Shown here piece after piece: positions 48,650 to 60,578 of a stretch of DNA of 64,000 bases. The DNA lies in NCBI GenBank assembly GCA_965223335.1, contig OZ244991.1, forward strand, positions 1,696,001-1,760,000, given 5' to 3'. The position numbers were made by a program, and so were the translations under genes. This DNA comes from Thermodesulfobacteriota bacterium. GTDB lineage: Bacteria; Desulfobacterota_D; UBA1144; Nemesobacterales; UBA2774. Position 1 is the first letter of the stretch; each line of letters opens with the position of its first letter. Under the pieces are notes generated by a model. That model made no database searches, was not told the DNA's origin, and was given only the letters and a program-made list of their open reading frames with translations.

Positions 48650-50482
48650 ATGTGCGGCATAGTGGGGTACGTTGGAGACCCTGATAGAACAATCGAGATT
48701 TTGCTAGACGGATTATCCCGACTTGAGTACAGGGGCTACGACTCGGCTGGGATCGCCGTGATCGACGGTGCTAAACCCAAGGTTGTAAGGAGCGAGGGCA
48801 AGCTATCCAACCTAAAACAGAAGATCGAAGCCGAACCGCTCGAGGGTTTTTTGGGTATAGGCCACACCCGCTGGGCAACACACGGCAGCGCAATTGAGCG
48901 CAATGCCCATCCCCACAGTTCTGGATCCGTCTCAGTTGTGCATAACGGGATCATCGAAAACTTCCTCGAGTTAAAAGACGAGCTTATCCAAAACGGCTAT
49001 GAGTTTTCATCGGATACAGACACCGAGGTCATAGCACACCTTATCGAGCACAATTCCAGTAACGGCACTACGTTTGAAGACGCTGTGCGTGAGAGTTTCA
49101 ACAGGATCCACGGCTCCTATGCTGTGGCTGCGATCTCAGCAGACGAGCCCGATAAGGTTATTGCGACCAGGAAGTTCTCGCCTCTTATTTTAGCTGTAGG
49201 TGACGGCGCCAATTATCTGGCATCGGATATTCCTGCAATACTCCCCTACACCAACAAGGTCATTTTTCTTGAGGACGGCGATATTGCTGTGATCGAGAAA
49301 GACAGTATTAAGATCACAGATGCAGAGGGCAAAGAAGCGGTTCGAGATGTAAATGTGATCAACTGGGACCCGATCTCGGTCGAGAAGGGCGGGTACCGCC
49401 ACTTCATGCTAAAGGAGATCCATGAGCAGCCACAGGCCATTCTGGACACACTGGGCGGCAGGTTCGATGAGGCTACCGGCGAGGTGTTTCTAGAGGGCAT
49501 AGACACCGAGTTCTTAGAGGATATTCAGAGGTTGATATTGGTTGCGTGCGGCACGTCTTACCATGCCTGCCTTATCGGTAAATATATGATTGAACAGGTC
49601 GCGGGCCTGCCGGTAGAGGTGGATCTCGCATCTGAGTTCCGCTATAGGTCTCCCATATTGGACGACGGTGTGTTGGTTGTGGCGGTCTCCCAGTCGGGCG
49701 AAACTGCCGATACCTCAGAAGCTCTCATAGAGGCTAAGGCCGGGGGTGCGAGGACACTCGGAATCACCAATGTGATGATGAGTAAAATCGCGCGTGAGGC
49801 CGATAGAGTCATCCATACTCATGCAGGCCCCGAGATAGGGGTTGCGTCCACAAAGGCTTTTACAACCCAGCTCATAGTGTTTTATCTGCTCGCGATTTAT
49901 CTGGGGCGCGCCAACGTAAATATAGAGTCAGGTGAAGCTAAATCCCTTATTCATGACCTTATCCAAATCCCACAGATTATGCAGCGTAGCCTTAAACTCG
50001 AGCCCGTGATGAAGGACTTGGCCAAGGAGTTTTACGACTACACCAATTTCTTATATCTTGGCCGGGGCATTAACTACCCGGTGGCCTATGAAGGAGCGCT
50101 TAAATTAAAGGAGATCTCCTATATCCATGCCGAGGGCTATGCGGCGGGCGAGATGAAGCACGGCCCGATCGCCCTTGTGGACGAGCACATGCCGGTGGTT
50201 GTACTTGCGCCCAACGGCGACGTAACATACAAAAAACTGCTAGGCAATCTCCAAGAGGTACGCGCCAGAAAGGGCAAGGTAATCTTTATATCTTCCCAGA
50301 AGCATACGGATGAACTGGACCAGTGGGTAGACAGGTTTATAGAGCTCCCCAAGAGCAGCTACCTGCTTAGCCCCATAGTCTCGGTGGTGCCGCTACAACT
50401 CCTGGCATACTATATAGCTGTGTTTAAGGGCACAGATATTGACCAACCGCGTAATCTTGCTAAAGTAGTAACTGTGGAGTAA
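48650..50482 (+). CDS. glmS: Glutamine--fructose-6-phosphate aminotransferase
   Basis: MCGIVG, EYRGYDSAG, GHTRWATHG, SQSGETADT, PRNLAK.VTVE. Confidence 0.97.
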   Translation: MCGIVGYVGDPDRTIEILLDGLSRLEYRGYDSAGIAVIDGAKPKVVRSEGKLSNLKQKIEAEPLEGFLGIGHTRWATHGSAIERNAHPHSSGSVSVVHNGIIENFLELKDELIQNGYEFSSDTDTEVIAHLIEHNSSNGTTFEDAVRESFNRIHGSYAVAAISADEPDKVIATRKFSPLILAVGDGANYLASDIPAILPYTNKVIFLEDGDIAVIEKDSIKITDAEGKEAVRDVNVINWDPISVEKGGYRHFMLKEIHEQPQAILDTLGGRFDEATGEVFLEGIDTEFLEDIQRLILVACGTSYHACLIGKYMIEQVAGLPVEVDLASEFRYRSPILDDGVLVVAVSQSGETADTSEALIEAKAGGARTLGITNVMMSKIAREADRVIHTHAGPEIGVASTKAFTTQLIVFYLLAIYLGRANVNIESGEAKSLIHDLIQIPQIMQRSLKLEPVMKDLAKEFYDYTNFLYLGRGINYPVAYEGALKLKEISYIHAEGYAAGEMKHGPIALVDEHMPVVVLAPNGDVTYKKLLGNLQEVRARKGKVIFISSQKHTDELDQWVDRFIELPKSSYLLSPIVSVVPLQLLAYYIAVFKGTDIDQPRNLAKVVTVE

Positions 50483-50602
50483 GCCTTAGTTTCTAAACAC
50501 TCCGGGTCTGGATAATAGAACAGACAATGAAGTTGTTTCGATAGATTGATTTTTCTGGTAGATTAATTGGCTTTTTAATTTACCCGAGATAAGAGGATCG
50601 CT

Positions 50603-51877
50603 ATGAGAGTATTGGTTGTGGGTGGTGGGGGACGTGAGCATGCACTTTGCTGGAAAATCAAACAGAGCCCGCTTGTAGATAAAGTATACTCTGCTCCCGG
50701 CAATGCCGGGATCGGACTCGATGTAGAGTGTGTGGACATAAGCGCTACTGATATAGAAGCGCTTTTACGTTTTGCCAAAGCGTCTGAGATCGGTTTAACG
50801 GTCGTGGGACCCGAGGCCCCGCTCGCCCTTGGTATCGTGGATAGATTCAAAGAGAACAATCTAACTATATTCGGCCCTACTGCTCGGGCAGCAGAGCTTG
50901 AGTCGAGTAAGGCATTCTCCAAGAACATTATGAAGAAATACGATATACCCACTGCGTTTTACTCGGTATTCGACAACTATGATGACGCCATGGATTGGGT
51001 TCGGGAGGTAAAGCCCCCGCTTGTGATCAAGGCAGACGGTTTGGCGGCAGGCAAAGGGGTTGTGATATGCGAGACAGAGGCAGAGGCCCACCATGCATTA
51101 GACGATATGATGTCTAAAAAGATTTTCGGCGACGCCGGTGACACTGTGGTTGTAGAAGAATTCCTTCGGGGCGAGGAAGCCTCGTTTTTTGCTATTACGG
51201 ACGGCACCAATATTCTACCCCTTGAGCCCTCGCAGGATCATAAAGCTTTGCTTGATAACGATCAGGGCCCCAACACTGGCGGCATGGGTGCATACACCCC
51301 CGCACCGGTGGTTACCGATGATATCAGGGCCAAGATTATAGACGAAGTCATAGTGCCCATCGTAGAGGCAATGAATAGTGAGGGGCGTGAATATAAAGGT
51401 GTCATATATGCAGGTTTAATGATTGAAGACTCCTCGATAAAGGTTCTTGAGTTTAATTGTAGGTTCGGCGACCCCGAGGCGCAGCCCCTTATAATGCGTA
51501 TGAAATCAGACATTGTCCCCATGCTCTTGGCCTCGGCAGAGGGCAATCTTACGGGGCAAACTGTCGAGTGGCACCCCGACGCTTCTGTATGCGTAGTTAT
51601 GGCCTCTAAGGGCTACCCGGGGGACTACAAGAAAGGAAAAGTCATAGAGGGCTTGGAAAACATTAAAAACATGAGTAATGTAAAAGTGTTTCATTCGGGG
51701 ACTGCATTAAATAACGGTGATGTGGTAACAAACGGGGGCAGGGTTTTGGGTGTAACGTCCCTTGGGTCCAGTATCCCTGAGGCAATAGACAATGCCTACT
51801 CAGCGGTAGGCAGGCTTAGTAGTGATTTCCTATGCTACAGGACCGATATTGGCAAAAAAGCTCTAAAATACCTGTAA
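50603..51877 (+). CDS. purD: Phosphoribosylamine--glycine ligase
   Basis: GGGGREHAL, KADGLAAGKGV, GPNTGGMGAY, EFNCRFGDPE. Confidence 0.97.
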   Translation: MRVLVVGGGGREHALCWKIKQSPLVDKVYSAPGNAGIGLDVECVDISATDIEALLRFAKASEIGLTVVGPEAPLALGIVDRFKENNLTIFGPTARAAELESSKAFSKNIMKKYDIPTAFYSVFDNYDDAMDWVREVKPPLVIKADGLAAGKGVVICETEAEAHHALDDMMSKKIFGDAGDTVVVEEFLRGEEASFFAITDGTNILPLEPSQDHKALLDNDQGPNTGGMGAYTPAPVVTDDIRAKIIDEVIVPIVEAMNSEGREYKGVIYAGLMIEDSSIKVLEFNCRFGDPEAQPLIMRMKSDIVPMLLASAEGNLTGQTVEWHPDASVCVVMASKGYPGDYKKGKVIEGLENIKNMSNVKVFHSGTALNNGDVVTNGGRVLGVTSLGSSIPEAIDNAYSAVGRLSSDFLCYRTDIGKKALKYL

Positions 51878-51923
51878 TTACTAAGAAATACTCACAGAGC
51901 GGTTGTTAGGAGGTAATAGAAAA

Positions 51924-52238
51924 ATGGCAGAGATATGGTACATAAGCATTGATGCTGAAACATTTGAAGATAGTTCCCCACAGCATGAAATTGGCTTCTA
52001 CGATTGTGTGGAACTGCTCGAGATTACTCCCGACAATTGGTTAGCGGAACTTGATGCCATGCCCGAGCTTAAAACCGGCGATCCCTTAGTGGACGAAAGC
52101 GGCTATGTATGCGTGCTCATGCGGGCTCCGGAAAGTGAAATTGAGGGGTTGGATACCGAGGATTGGAAGCCGGGATGGTATAAATCTCGACTAACTGTAG
52201 TGGGGTTTGAAACAAAGTTGCGAACAAAGCCTAAATAG
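51924..52238 (+). CDS. Hypothetical acidic protein
   Basis: AGGAGG SD before ATG 51924; ORF fills the purD-rpsL gap; no family recognised. Confidence 0.65.
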   Translation: MAEIWYISIDAETFEDSSPQHEIGFYDCVELLEITPDNWLAELDAMPELKTGDPLVDESGYVCVLMRAPESEIEGLDTEDWKPGWYKSRLTVVGFETKLRTKPK

Positions 52239-52313
52239 TTGTGTTTTTTCCTTGACATGGCTATAAATGTCTGGATTAATACTTGGATAAACTTTTTACG
52301 GAGAAGTAAGTAA

Positions 52314-52685
52314 GTGCCTACGATTAGTCAGCTCGTAAGAAACGGTAGAAAACGTGCTAAGAAGAAGAGTAAAGCCCCTGCATTACAGAACTGTCCGCAG
52401 AAGCGGGGAGTGTGTGTAAGGGTCTATACCACTACCCCTAAGAAGCCCAATTCGGCTCTTAGAAAGGTAGCAAGAATAAGGCTTACCAACGGAATTGAGG
52501 TTACAGGCTACATACCTGGTGAGGGGCATACCCTACAGGAACACTCAGTGATTCTTGTAAGGGGTGGCAGGGTGAAGGACCTTCCTGGAGTAAGATATCA
52601 CATAGTTCGAGGCACTCTTGATGCGACAGGGGTTGAGAGCAGACGGCAGGGTCGTTCAAAGTACGGTGCCAAAAAACCCAAATAA
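52314..52685 (+). CDS. rpsL: 30S ribosomal protein S12
   Basis: [25 protein letters not shown] start. Confidence 0.98.
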   Translation: MPTISQLVRNGRKRAKKKSKAPALQNCPQKRGVCVRVYTTTPKKPNSALRKVARIRLTNGIEVTGYIPGEGHTLQEHSVILVRGGRVKDLPGVRYHIVRGTLDATGVESRRQGRSKYGAKKPK

Positions 52686-52705
52686 TAATATAGGGAAGTA
52701 ACAGT

Positions 52706-53176
52706 ATGCCAAGAAAGGGTTCGGTTTCTAAAAGGAAAATACCTGGCGATTCGATGTTCGGTGACGTAACGGTTACCAAGTTTATCAATTCGCTAATGTA
52801 CGACGGCAAAAAGAGCAAGGCCGAGAAAATATTCTACGGTGCAATGGACATTATAAAGGAAAAGACCGGTAAAGACCCGCTCGAGGTATTCCAGGCGGCT
52901 ATGGACAATGTAAAGCCCGCAATCGAGGTAAGACCCAGAAGGGTGGGCGGTGCAACCTATCAGGTGCCCATGGAAGTAAGCTCGTTCCGCCGCCAATCGC
53001 TTGCAATTAGGTGGTTGTTAAACGCCATTAGGAGCCGAGAGGGCAAGTCGATGCAGGACAAGCTGTCCGGTGAACTTATGGATGCTGCCGAGGGACGCGG
53101 CGGTGCAATTAAAAAAAGAGAAGACACACATAAAATGGCCGATGCCAATAGAGCTTTTGCTCATTACAGGTGGTAG
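52706..53176 (+). CDS. rpsG: 30S ribosomal protein S7
   Basis: [21 protein letters not shown]. Confidence 0.98.
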   Translation: MPRKGSVSKRKIPGDSMFGDVTVTKFINSLMYDGKKSKAEKIFYGAMDIIKEKTGKDPLEVFQAAMDNVKPAIEVRPRRVGGATYQVPMEVSSFRRQSLAIRWLLNAIRSREGKSMQDKLSGELMDAAEGRGGAIKKREDTHKMADANRAFAHYRW

Positions 53177-53197
53177 TAATTTTGCGGAGGAGTTAAG

Positions 53198-55279
53198 TTG
53201 GAAAAGTCTATACCTATTGAAAAAGTAAGAAATATTGGAATTGTAGCACACATAGATGCCGGTAAGACGACTACTACCGAGAGGATACTGTACTACACGG
53301 GGCTTACCTATAAGATAGGCGAGGTCCACGAAGGCACGGCTACAATGGACTGGATGGAGCAAGAGCGTGAGAGGGGTATTACGATTACCTCTGCCACCAC
53401 GACATGCTTCTGGAACGACCACAGGGTTAATATTATCGACACACCCGGGCACGTCGACTTCACAATCGAGGTTGAGCGCTCACTTAAGGTACTTGACGGA
53501 GCGGTTGTAGTGTTTGACTCAGTGGGCGGAGTAGAGCCTCAGTCAGAGACCGTTTGGCGCCAGGCCGACCGCTACAGGGTTCCCAGGATGGCGTTTGTAA
53601 ACAAGATGGATAAGGTAGGCGCCGACTTTTCCCAGGTTGTGGACCAGATTAAAGACAGGCTTAAAGCCAACCCGATCCCCGCACAGTTGCCATGGTTTGA
53701 CGGCGATGATTTTAAGGGCATAGTGGACCTGATTAGAATGAAAATGGCTATCTGGGACGATGACTCCCTCGGATCAAAATACGAGTGGACCGATATCCCA
53801 GCTGAGTTAACTGCGGAGTGTGAAGACTTCAGAGAAAAGCTCATCGAGGCCATAGCGGATTTCGACGAAGAGATAATGGAAGCGTATCTTGAAGGACACG
53901 ATATAGATGAGCAACGCATAAAAGATGCGCTTAGAAAAGCAACAATAGACCTCAAAGTGGTACCGGTGTTTTTGGGTACTGCATTTAAAAACAAAGGTGT
54001 ACAGCTCCTGCTCGATGCCGTAGTCGAGTATATGCCGTCACCTGTTGACCTCCCATCTGTTGAGGGTGTAAATCCCAAGACTGACCATGCCGAGGCCAGG
54101 GCGCCTAAAGATGACGAGCCCTGTTCCGCTTTGGCTTTTAAGATTATGACAGACCCGTTTGTGGGCCAGCTCACTTATCTTAGGATCTACTCGGGTAAGC
54201 TGGTTGCCGGGAGCACCTACTATAACTCCACTAAAGGCAAGCGCGAGAAGATCGGCCGGCTTGTCCGAATGCACTCAAACAAACGAGAGGAGATTAAAGA
54301 GATCGGAGCAGGCGGCATCGTAGCCGCGGTCGGTCTTAAAGGCACCGTGACCGGCGACACACTCTGTGACGAAAACAATCCCATCCTTTTAGAAAGCCTC
54401 TACTTTGCAGAACCCGTAATATCAATATCAATCGAACCAAAAACCAAATCAGATCAAGAAAAACTAGGATTATCGCTTAGTAAAATATCGCTTGAAGACC
54501 CGACGTTTAAGGTCCGGCACGACGAAGAAACCGGCCAGACTCTTATTTCCGGTATGGGTGAGCTTCACCTGGAAATCATAGTGGATCGTCTCAGCAGAGA
54601 GTTCAACGTCGATGCTAATATCGGAAAACCACAGGTCGCATATCGCGAGACTATTTCAAAGAGCACGGATGCCGAGGCCAAGTTTATTCGCCAGACTGGT
54701 GGACGAGGGCAGTACGGCCACGTTAAAATAAAGATGGAGCCTCGCGGTGAGGGTGAGGGGATTGAATTTATAGACGAGATTAAAGGCGGGACTATCCCAA
54801 GGGAGTTTATACCTGCCGTTGAAAAGGGTATTATAGAGGCATCTGAGACCGGTGTAGTAGCGGGGTATCCGGTCATTGATCTTGCTGTCAGGCTTTATGA
54901 CGGGTCGTATCACGATGTAGATTCATCTGAGATCGCGTTTAAGATTGCGGCGTCTATGGCATTTAAAGACGCTGTGATGAAGGCGTCTCCGAAAATACTC
55001 GAGCCCACGATGAAGGTCGAAGTAGTGGTCCCCGAGGATTTTATGGGCACTGTTATCGGAAACCTGAGCTCGAGAAGAGGGAAGATCAGCGGGTCTGAAC
55101 TGCGTGGTGGCATGCAGGCCATTAAGGCCGAGGTGCCGCTAGCCGAGATGTTCGGTTATGCAACCGAGCTTAGATCGATGACAGAGGGCAGGGGATCGTT
55201 CACTATGGAGTTTGCCCATTACACAGTATTGCCCGAAAGTCTGAGAGAGGATATACAAACTAAGGTTAAGGCCGTTTAA
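53198..55279 (+). CDS. fusA: Elongation factor G
   Basis: [35 protein letters not shown] start. Confidence 0.98.
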   Translation: MEKSIPIEKVRNIGIVAHIDAGKTTTTERILYYTGLTYKIGEVHEGTATMDWMEQERERGITITSATTTCFWNDHRVNIIDTPGHVDFTIEVERSLKVLDGAVVVFDSVGGVEPQSETVWRQADRYRVPRMAFVNKMDKVGADFSQVVDQIKDRLKANPIPAQLPWFDGDDFKGIVDLIRMKMAIWDDDSLGSKYEWTDIPAELTAECEDFREKLIEAIADFDEEIMEAYLEGHDIDEQRIKDALRKATIDLKVVPVFLGTAFKNKGVQLLLDAVVEYMPSPVDLPSVEGVNPKTDHAEARAPKDDEPCSALAFKIMTDPFVGQLTYLRIYSGKLVAGSTYYNSTKGKREKIGRLVRMHSNKREEIKEIGAGGIVAAVGLKGTVTGDTLCDENNPILLESLYFAEPVISISIEPKTKSDQEKLGLSLSKISLEDPTFKVRHDEETGQTLISGMGELHLEIIVDRLSREFNVDANIGKPQVAYRETISKSTDAEAKFIRQTGGRGQYGHVKIKMEPRGEGEGIEFIDEIKGGTIPREFIPAVEKGIIEASETGVVAGYPVIDLAVRLYDGSYHDVDSSEIAFKIAASMAFKDAVMKASPKILEPTMKVEVVVPEDFMGTVIGNLSSRRGKISGSELRGGMQAIKAEVPLAEMFGYATELRSMTEGRGSFTMEFAHYTVLPESLREDIQTKVKAV

Positions 55280-55311
55280 TAAACACTTTTACTGCTAGGA
55301 GGTAGTAATCG

Positions 55312-56496
55312 ATGTCAAAGGAGCGATTTGAGAGAGGGAAGCCGCACCTAAACATAGGGACAGTAGGACACGTGGACCATGGTAAGACCACGTTAACCGC
55401 AGCAATAACGAAGGTACTGGAGAAAGCGGGGAGTGCAGCGTTTGTGGAGTTTGAGGACATAGACAAGGCCCCCGAAGAGAAAGAGCGCGGCATAACAATT
55501 AATATAGCCCACGTAGAGTACGAGACAGAGAACCGCCACTACGCGCACGTAGACTGCCCGGGACACGCAGACTATGTAAAGAACATGATCACCGGAGCAG
55601 CACAGATGGACGGAGCAATCCTAGTGGTAAGCGCTCCCGACGGCCCGATGCCCCAGACCCGAGAGCACATACTGCTTGCCCGTCAGGTAGGAGTGCCCTA
55701 CATAGTGGTAGCACTAAATAAAGTAGATATGATGGACGACGAAGAACTATTAGACCTGGTGGAACTAGAGGTAAGAGACCTGTTGAGCCAGTACGGGTTC
55801 CCCGGGGACGATGTGCCGGTGGTAAGGGTAAGTGCATTAAAGGCTCTTGAGGAGGACGCTGGGGCAGAGGAGCAGATACTCGAGCTTATGAAAGCAGTGG
55901 ACGAGTACGTTCCAGAGCCCGTAAGGGAGATGGACAAGCCGTTTTTGATGGCAATAGAGGATGTGTTTACGATCTCGGGAAGAGGCACAGTGGTAACGGG
56001 TAGAGTAGAGAGAGGGAAGATACTTGCAGGAGACGAGGTGGAGATAGTGGGTTTTGGCGAGACACGAAAGACCGTGGCAACGAGCCTAGAGATGTTTCGT
56101 AAGATCCTAGACGATGCTATAGCAGGAGACAATGTAGGAGTGCTTCTTAGGGGAGTAGGCAAGGACGAAGTGGAGAGGGGACAGGTATTGGCAGCCCCTG
56201 GAAGCATCACACCACACACGAAGTTTAAGGCAGAGGTATATGTGTTGAAGAAAGAAGAGGGGGGAAGGCACACGCCGTTTTTCCCTGGTTACCGCCCGCA
56301 GTTTTATTTGAGGACGACGGACGTAACAGGGAGTATAGTGCTGCCTGAGGGAGTAGAGATGGTTATGCCTGGTGACAATATCAACATGGATGTGGAGTTG
56401 ATAGCACCGGTGGCAATGGAAGAGCAGTTGAGGTTTGCGATCCGCGAGGGCGGTCGGACAGTGGGAGCAGGTGTAGTAACAAGTATAGTGGAGTAA
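55312..56496 (+). CDS. tuf: Elongation factor Tu
   Basis: [27 protein letters not shown]. Confidence 0.98.
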   Translation: MSKERFERGKPHLNIGTVGHVDHGKTTLTAAITKVLEKAGSAAFVEFEDIDKAPEEKERGITINIAHVEYETENRHYAHVDCPGHADYVKNMITGAAQMDGAILVVSAPDGPMPQTREHILLARQVGVPYIVVALNKVDMMDDEELLDLVELEVRDLLSQYGFPGDDVPVVRVSALKALEEDAGAEEQILELMKAVDEYVPEPVREMDKPFLMAIEDVFTISGRGTVVTGRVERGKILAGDEVEIVGFGETRKTVATSLEMFRKILDDAIAGDNVGVLLRGVGKDEVERGQVLAAPGSITPHTKFKAEVYVLKKEEGGRHTPFFPGYRPQFYLRTTDVTGSIVLPEGVEMVMPGDNINMDVELIAPVAMEEQLRFAIREGGRTVGAGVVTSIVE

Positions 56497-56525
56497 GGAG
56501 TTTAGTTGTTAAGGAATAATACAAT

Positions 56526-56846
56526 ATGAATCGTGCTGCTAAGATCAGGATAAAACTCAAATCATTCGACTACAGGCTTTTAGACAGGTCTGCTGTGGAG
56601 ATTGTGGATACCGCGAAGAGAACAGGAGCCAGAGTCGCTGGACCCGTGCCTCTACCAACACACATAAGCAAGTACTGTGTGCTTAGGTCCCCTCACGTTG
56701 ACAAGAACTCGAGGGAGCATTTCGAGGTAAGGACACACAAGAGGCTCGTAGACATACTTGAGCCCACACAGCAAACAATTGATGCATTGATGAAGCTTGA
56801 TCTGGCATCGGGTGTTGAGGTCGAGATCAAACTTACAGGGACTTAA
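56526..56846 (+). CDS. rpsJ: 30S ribosomal protein S10
   Basis: [23 protein letters not shown]. Confidence 0.97.
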   Translation: MNRAAKIRIKLKSFDYRLLDRSAVEIVDTAKRTGARVAGPVPLPTHISKYCVLRSPHVDKNSREHFEVRTHKRLVDILEPTQQTIDALMKLDLASGVEVEIKLTGT

Positions 56847-56851
56847 TTGCA

Positions 56852-57502
56852 ATGATCGAAGGACTTTTAGGAAAAAAGATCGGGATGACCGAGCTGTTTG
56901 AGGAAGACGGCACAGTGGTTGTGTCCACTGTCGTTAGGGTAGGGCCGTGTTACGTCATCCAGGCTAAAAACAATGATAAGGACGGCTACGCCTCACTCCA
57001 GATTGGTTTCGAGGAGATGAAGGCCCAGCGCGCGTCCAAAGCAATGCTTGGTCATTTCAAGAAAACCGGGGTGGCCCCTATGAAGCACCTTCGCGAGATA
57101 AAAGGTGGTGAGGGTGATTACAAGGCCGGCGACGAAATTAAGGTGGCCGATGTATTTAAAGAGCAAGACGAGATAGATGTAGCCGGGGTGAGCAAAGGTA
57201 AGGGTTTTTCCGGGGCCATGGAGCGCCATGGTTTCAGCGGTCAGCCCGCTTCACACGGGGGCATGGCACACCGCAGACCGGGCTCAATAGGGCAGGCGTC
57301 TTATCCCGGAAAGGTGTGGAAGGGGATAAAAATGCCGGGGCAGTTGGGCAACAAGTTGGTCACTGTCCAGGGGCTTAAGGTCGTAAGCATCGACAGCGAC
57401 AACGATATATTGATTGTAAAGGGTTCGGTCCCAGGGCCAAACGGCGGAATACTGTTTATTAAGCATACAACCAAAGGGAGTGTAGAAAGTGCCGCAGCTT
57501 GA
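56852..57502 (+). CDS. rplC: 50S ribosomal protein L3
   Basis: GKKIGMT, SKGKGF, HRRPGSIG. Confidence 0.97.
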   Translation: MIEGLLGKKIGMTELFEEDGTVVVSTVVRVGPCYVIQAKNNDKDGYASLQIGFEEMKAQRASKAMLGHFKKTGVAPMKHLREIKGGEGDYKAGDEIKVADVFKEQDEIDVAGVSKGKGFSGAMERHGFSGQPASHGGMAHRRPGSIGQASYPGKVWKGIKMPGQLGNKLVTVQGLKVVSIDSDNDILIVKGSVPGPNGGILFIKHTTKGSVESAAA

Positions 57503-58112
57503 TGTTTTTGATATAGATAAAAATAAGGTGAGCACTATTGAGCTCAGCAGTGATGTGTTTGAGGCTCCTGTAAAGCAGCATCTGTTGCACCAGGCTGTAA
57601 ACTGGCAGCTAGCCAAAAAGCGCAGCGGCACAGCGTCCACCAAGACCCGAAGCGAGGTCAGAGGCGGGGGCTCAAAGCCCTGGAAGCAAAAGCACATGGG
57701 ACGCGCCCGTCACGGCAGCATCAGATCACCGCTTTGGAGAAAGGGCGGTGTAACATTCGGGCCCAAGCCCAAAGACTGGTCCCACGGCATGAACAAAAAA
57801 ACCCGCAAAGCCGCACTCAAGAGTGCCCTTGCAGTAAAGCTCAGCAACGACAACATCGTTATTATCGATGAGTTCAGCTTGCCCGAGATCAAGACCAAGC
57901 AGGTGGCCGAGTTTGCAAAGAAATTCGATTTAAAGAGTGCCGTAATTGTAATAGCGGGTGACAATGAAAACCTACAAAAATCTGCACGCAATATTAGAAG
58001 TATGAAGGTCCTTAAAGTTGACGGGCTTAATGTTTACGATCTGCTCAGGTTCAACACCCTCGTTCTTACCCAAGAGTCAGTCGCGAAAGCCGAGGAGGGT
58101 CTCAAACAATGA
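57489..58112 (+). CDS. rplD: 50S ribosomal protein L4
   Basis: TKTRSEVRGGG.KPW.QK..GRAR.GS.RSP. Confidence 0.97.
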   Translation: MPQLDVFDIDKNKVSTIELSSDVFEAPVKQHLLHQAVNWQLAKKRSGTASTKTRSEVRGGGSKPWKQKHMGRARHGSIRSPLWRKGGVTFGPKPKDWSHGMNKKTRKAALKSALAVKLSNDNIVIIDEFSLPEIKTKQVAEFAKKFDLKSAVIVIAGDNENLQKSARNIRSMKVLKVDGLNVYDLLRFNTLVLTQESVAKAEEGLKQ

Positions 58113-58396
58113 AGGATCCGCGCCAGATCATAAAAGCCCCTCTCGTAACAGAGAAATCCTCGGACGTTAAGGAAAGCGGGTGGTATGTGTTCTCGGTCGA
58201 TAGATCGTCAAACAAGATCGAGATTAAGGATGCGATAGAAAAGATTTTCAATGTAAAGGTAGATAAAGTGCGCACCCTACGGACTACCGGTAAATGGGTA
58301 AAGAGGTACGGGCGTCCGGTCGGTAAGCGTCAGTCTATTAAAAAAGCGTATGTGAAGCTTAAAGAAGGTGTAATTGAAATATTTGAGGGAGTATAA
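58109..58396 (+). CDS. rplW: 50S ribosomal protein L23
   Basis: PLVTEKS, K.EIK.A.E..F.VKV, KKAYV. Confidence 0.95.
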   Translation: MKDPRQIIKAPLVTEKSSDVKESGWYVFSVDRSSNKIEIKDAIEKIFNVKVDKVRTLRTTGKWVKRYGRPVGKRQSIKKAYVKLKEGVIEIFEGV

Positions 58397-58407
58397 AGGA
58401 GCCAAGC

Positions 58408-59250
58408 GTGGGTATTAAGAAGTTTAAACCAAGGACACCGGGTACAAGGTTTAGGTCTGGTTCCGATTTTTCGGAGCTTACTACCAACAAGCCTCATAAA
58501 CCCCTTACCGAGCCGCTCAAAAAGACTGCGGGCAGAAACTCGCAGGGCAGGATCACGAGCTTTCAACGAGGCGGTGGTCACAAGCGTTTGTACCGCAAGA
58601 TCGACTTCAAACGCAACAAGTTTGATGTCCCTGCCAAGGTAGTGTCTATTGAGTACGACCCCAACCGCTCAGCTCGCATAGCACTGCTTAACTACTCCGA
58701 TGGTGAAAAGAGATATATCATTGCTCCCGACGGTGTTAAGGTTGGCGATTCGGTTGTTTCCGGTGAAAAAGTAGAAATCAATGTAGGCAACGCCCTGCCG
58801 ATAAAAAACATTCCCGTAGGTACTGTTATTCATAATATTGAGTTAAAACCCGGTGCAGGTGCCAAAATCATCCGTGCAGCAGGCACCTCAGCCCAGATAG
58901 TAGCCAAAGAGGGCGATTACGCACAGATAAAAATGAACTCTGGCGAGATAAGGTTGGTGCGCATAGCGTGCATGGCAACCATTGGTAAAGTCGGTAATTC
59001 CGAACACGAGCTCATCACGCTGGGCAAGGCCGGGAGAAAACGCCACATGGGACGGCGCCCCGTAGTAAGGGGTGTGGCAATGAACCCTGTGGACCACCCG
59101 CACGGGGGCGGAGAGGGCAAGGCAACCAAGGGCAACCCCCATCCAGTGTCACCGTGGGGATGGATTACGATTGGATATAAAACCAGAAGAAACAAGAGAA
59201 CCGATAAGTTCATAGTTAAAAGAAGAAGAATCGGTTATGGAATGGATTAA
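58408..59250 (+). CDS. rplB: 50S ribosomal protein L2
   Basis: [25 protein letters not shown]. Confidence 0.98.
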   Translation: MGIKKFKPRTPGTRFRSGSDFSELTTNKPHKPLTEPLKKTAGRNSQGRITSFQRGGGHKRLYRKIDFKRNKFDVPAKVVSIEYDPNRSARIALLNYSDGEKRYIIAPDGVKVGDSVVSGEKVEINVGNALPIKNIPVGTVIHNIELKPGAGAKIIRAAGTSAQIVAKEGDYAQIKMNSGEIRLVRIACMATIGKVGNSEHELITLGKAGRKRHMGRRPVVRGVAMNPVDHPHGGGEGKATKGNPHPVSPWGWITIGYKTRRNKRTDKFIVKRRRIGYGMD

Positions 59251-59261
59251 GGAGTATATAT

Positions 59262-59549
59262 ATGCCTAGGTCGAGCAAAAAGGGACCGTATGTAGACGAA
59301 AAACTTGCCAAAAAAGTAGAGGCCGAAAAGTCCTCGGGCCAGCCGCGTATCATAAAGACCTGGTCGCGGGCGTCTATGGTAGTGCCCGATATGATAGGGC
59401 TTACTTTTGCGGTACATAACGGTAAAAAGTTCATACCCGTATACGTTACGGAACATATGGTCGGCCACAAATTGGGCGAGTTTGCTCCCACCCGCACATT
59501 CAGCAGTCATGCGGGCGGGGATAAAAGATCCAAGATGGGCAAGAGATAG
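59262..59549 (+). CDS. rpsS: 30S ribosomal protein S19
   Basis: [20 protein letters not shown]. Confidence 0.97.
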   Translation: MPRSSKKGPYVDEKLAKKVEAEKSSGQPRIIKTWSRASMVVPDMIGLTFAVHNGKKFIPVYVTEHMVGHKLGEFAPTRTFSSHAGGDKRSKMGKR

Positions 59550-59572
59550 GATTAACAGGTAATAGGTGAAAA

Positions 59573-59911
59573 ATGGTCTCACTAGCACGTCAGAAATACT
59601 TTAGAGCATCGCCCAAAAAAGTAGGGCCTGTTCTCGACTTGATAAGGGGTAGTAGTGTAGAGGGTGCGTTTGCAGTCCTCACATCTCTTAGGAAACGTTC
59701 TGCCCCCGCGATTGCTAAAATACTCAAATCCGCAGTGGCCAACGCGGCAGAAAAAGGGCATTCGGACACAGAATCACTATACATAAAAGAGGCTTATGCC
59801 AACAAAGGACCTGTTTTAAAAAGAATAAGACCGAGGGCTATGGGAAGGGCAACATCACGCAAAAGGCGTATGAGCCACATCACTATAGTGCTCGAAGAGA
59901 GGGGGCTATAA
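59573..59911 (+). CDS. rplV: 50S ribosomal protein L22
   Basis: [21 protein letters not shown]. Confidence 0.96.
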   Translation: MVSLARQKYFRASPKKVGPVLDLIRGSSVEGAFAVLTSLRKRSAPAIAKILKSAVANAAEKGHSDTESLYIKEAYANKGPVLKRIRPRAMGRATSRKRRMSHITIVLEERGL

Positions 59912-59912
59912 A

Positions 59913-60566
59913 TTGGGACAGAAAGTATGCCCTATAGGGCTTCGTCTCGGTATCACTAAGACTTGGGACTCCAAATGGTTTGCCGAGAAAGATAGATACA
60001 CAAAACTGCTTCACGAAGACATTCAGATTCGAAATCTTATTAAAAAGCAGTTCTACCAAGCTGCTATCTCGCGTATTGAGATAGAGAGGGCGGCCTCTGA
60101 TAAGGTCAGAGTGGTGATTAACTCTGCCCGACCGGGGATGATTATTGGCAGGAAAGGCCAAGAGATTGAGGCCCTAAGAAAGAAACTGGCAACAATGACA
60201 AATAAAGATATTTTCCTCGATATCAGAGAGGTAAAAAGGCCCGAGATAGATGCCCAACTCGTAGCTGAGAACGTTGCGCTCCAGATTGTACGGAGGGTAG
60301 CTTACCGTCGTGCTATGAAACGCGCCATAGCCTCTTCGCTTAGGTTAGGGGCATTGGGTATAAAGATAATGGTGTCGGGTAGGCTGGGCGGGGCCGAGAT
60401 TGCCAGAAAAGAGTGGTACAGAGAGGGCAGAGTGCCTCTAACAACACTTCGCGCCGATATCGATTACGGTTTGGCCGAGGCAAAGACCACATATGGAATA
60501 ATAGGAGTAAAGGTCTGGATTTTTAAGGGAGAGGTTATAGAAAAGAAGACCAAACAGGCTGTATAA
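59913..60566 (+). CDS. rpsC: 30S ribosomal protein S3
   Basis: [33 protein letters not shown] start. Confidence 0.97.
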   Translation: MGQKVCPIGLRLGITKTWDSKWFAEKDRYTKLLHEDIQIRNLIKKQFYQAAISRIEIERAASDKVRVVINSARPGMIIGRKGQEIEALRKKLATMTNKDIFLDIREVKRPEIDAQLVAENVALQIVRRVAYRRAMKRAIASSLRLGALGIKIMVSGRLGGAEIARKEWYREGRVPLTTLRADIDYGLAEAKTTYGIIGVKVWIFKGEVIEKKTKQAV

Positions 60567-60578
60567 CGGTGAATAATT

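Noticed and set aside
48600..48660. glmS ribozyme upstream of glmS
   Set aside because: glmU and glmS are directly adjacent, leaving no leader space.
50483..50602. Purine/ZMP riboswitch upstream of purD
   Set aside because: No recognisable conserved aptamer motifs or terminator in the 120-bp gap.
52314..52685. Streptomycin-resistance allele of rpsL
   Set aside because: The TPKKPNS and RVKDLPG motifs are wild type.
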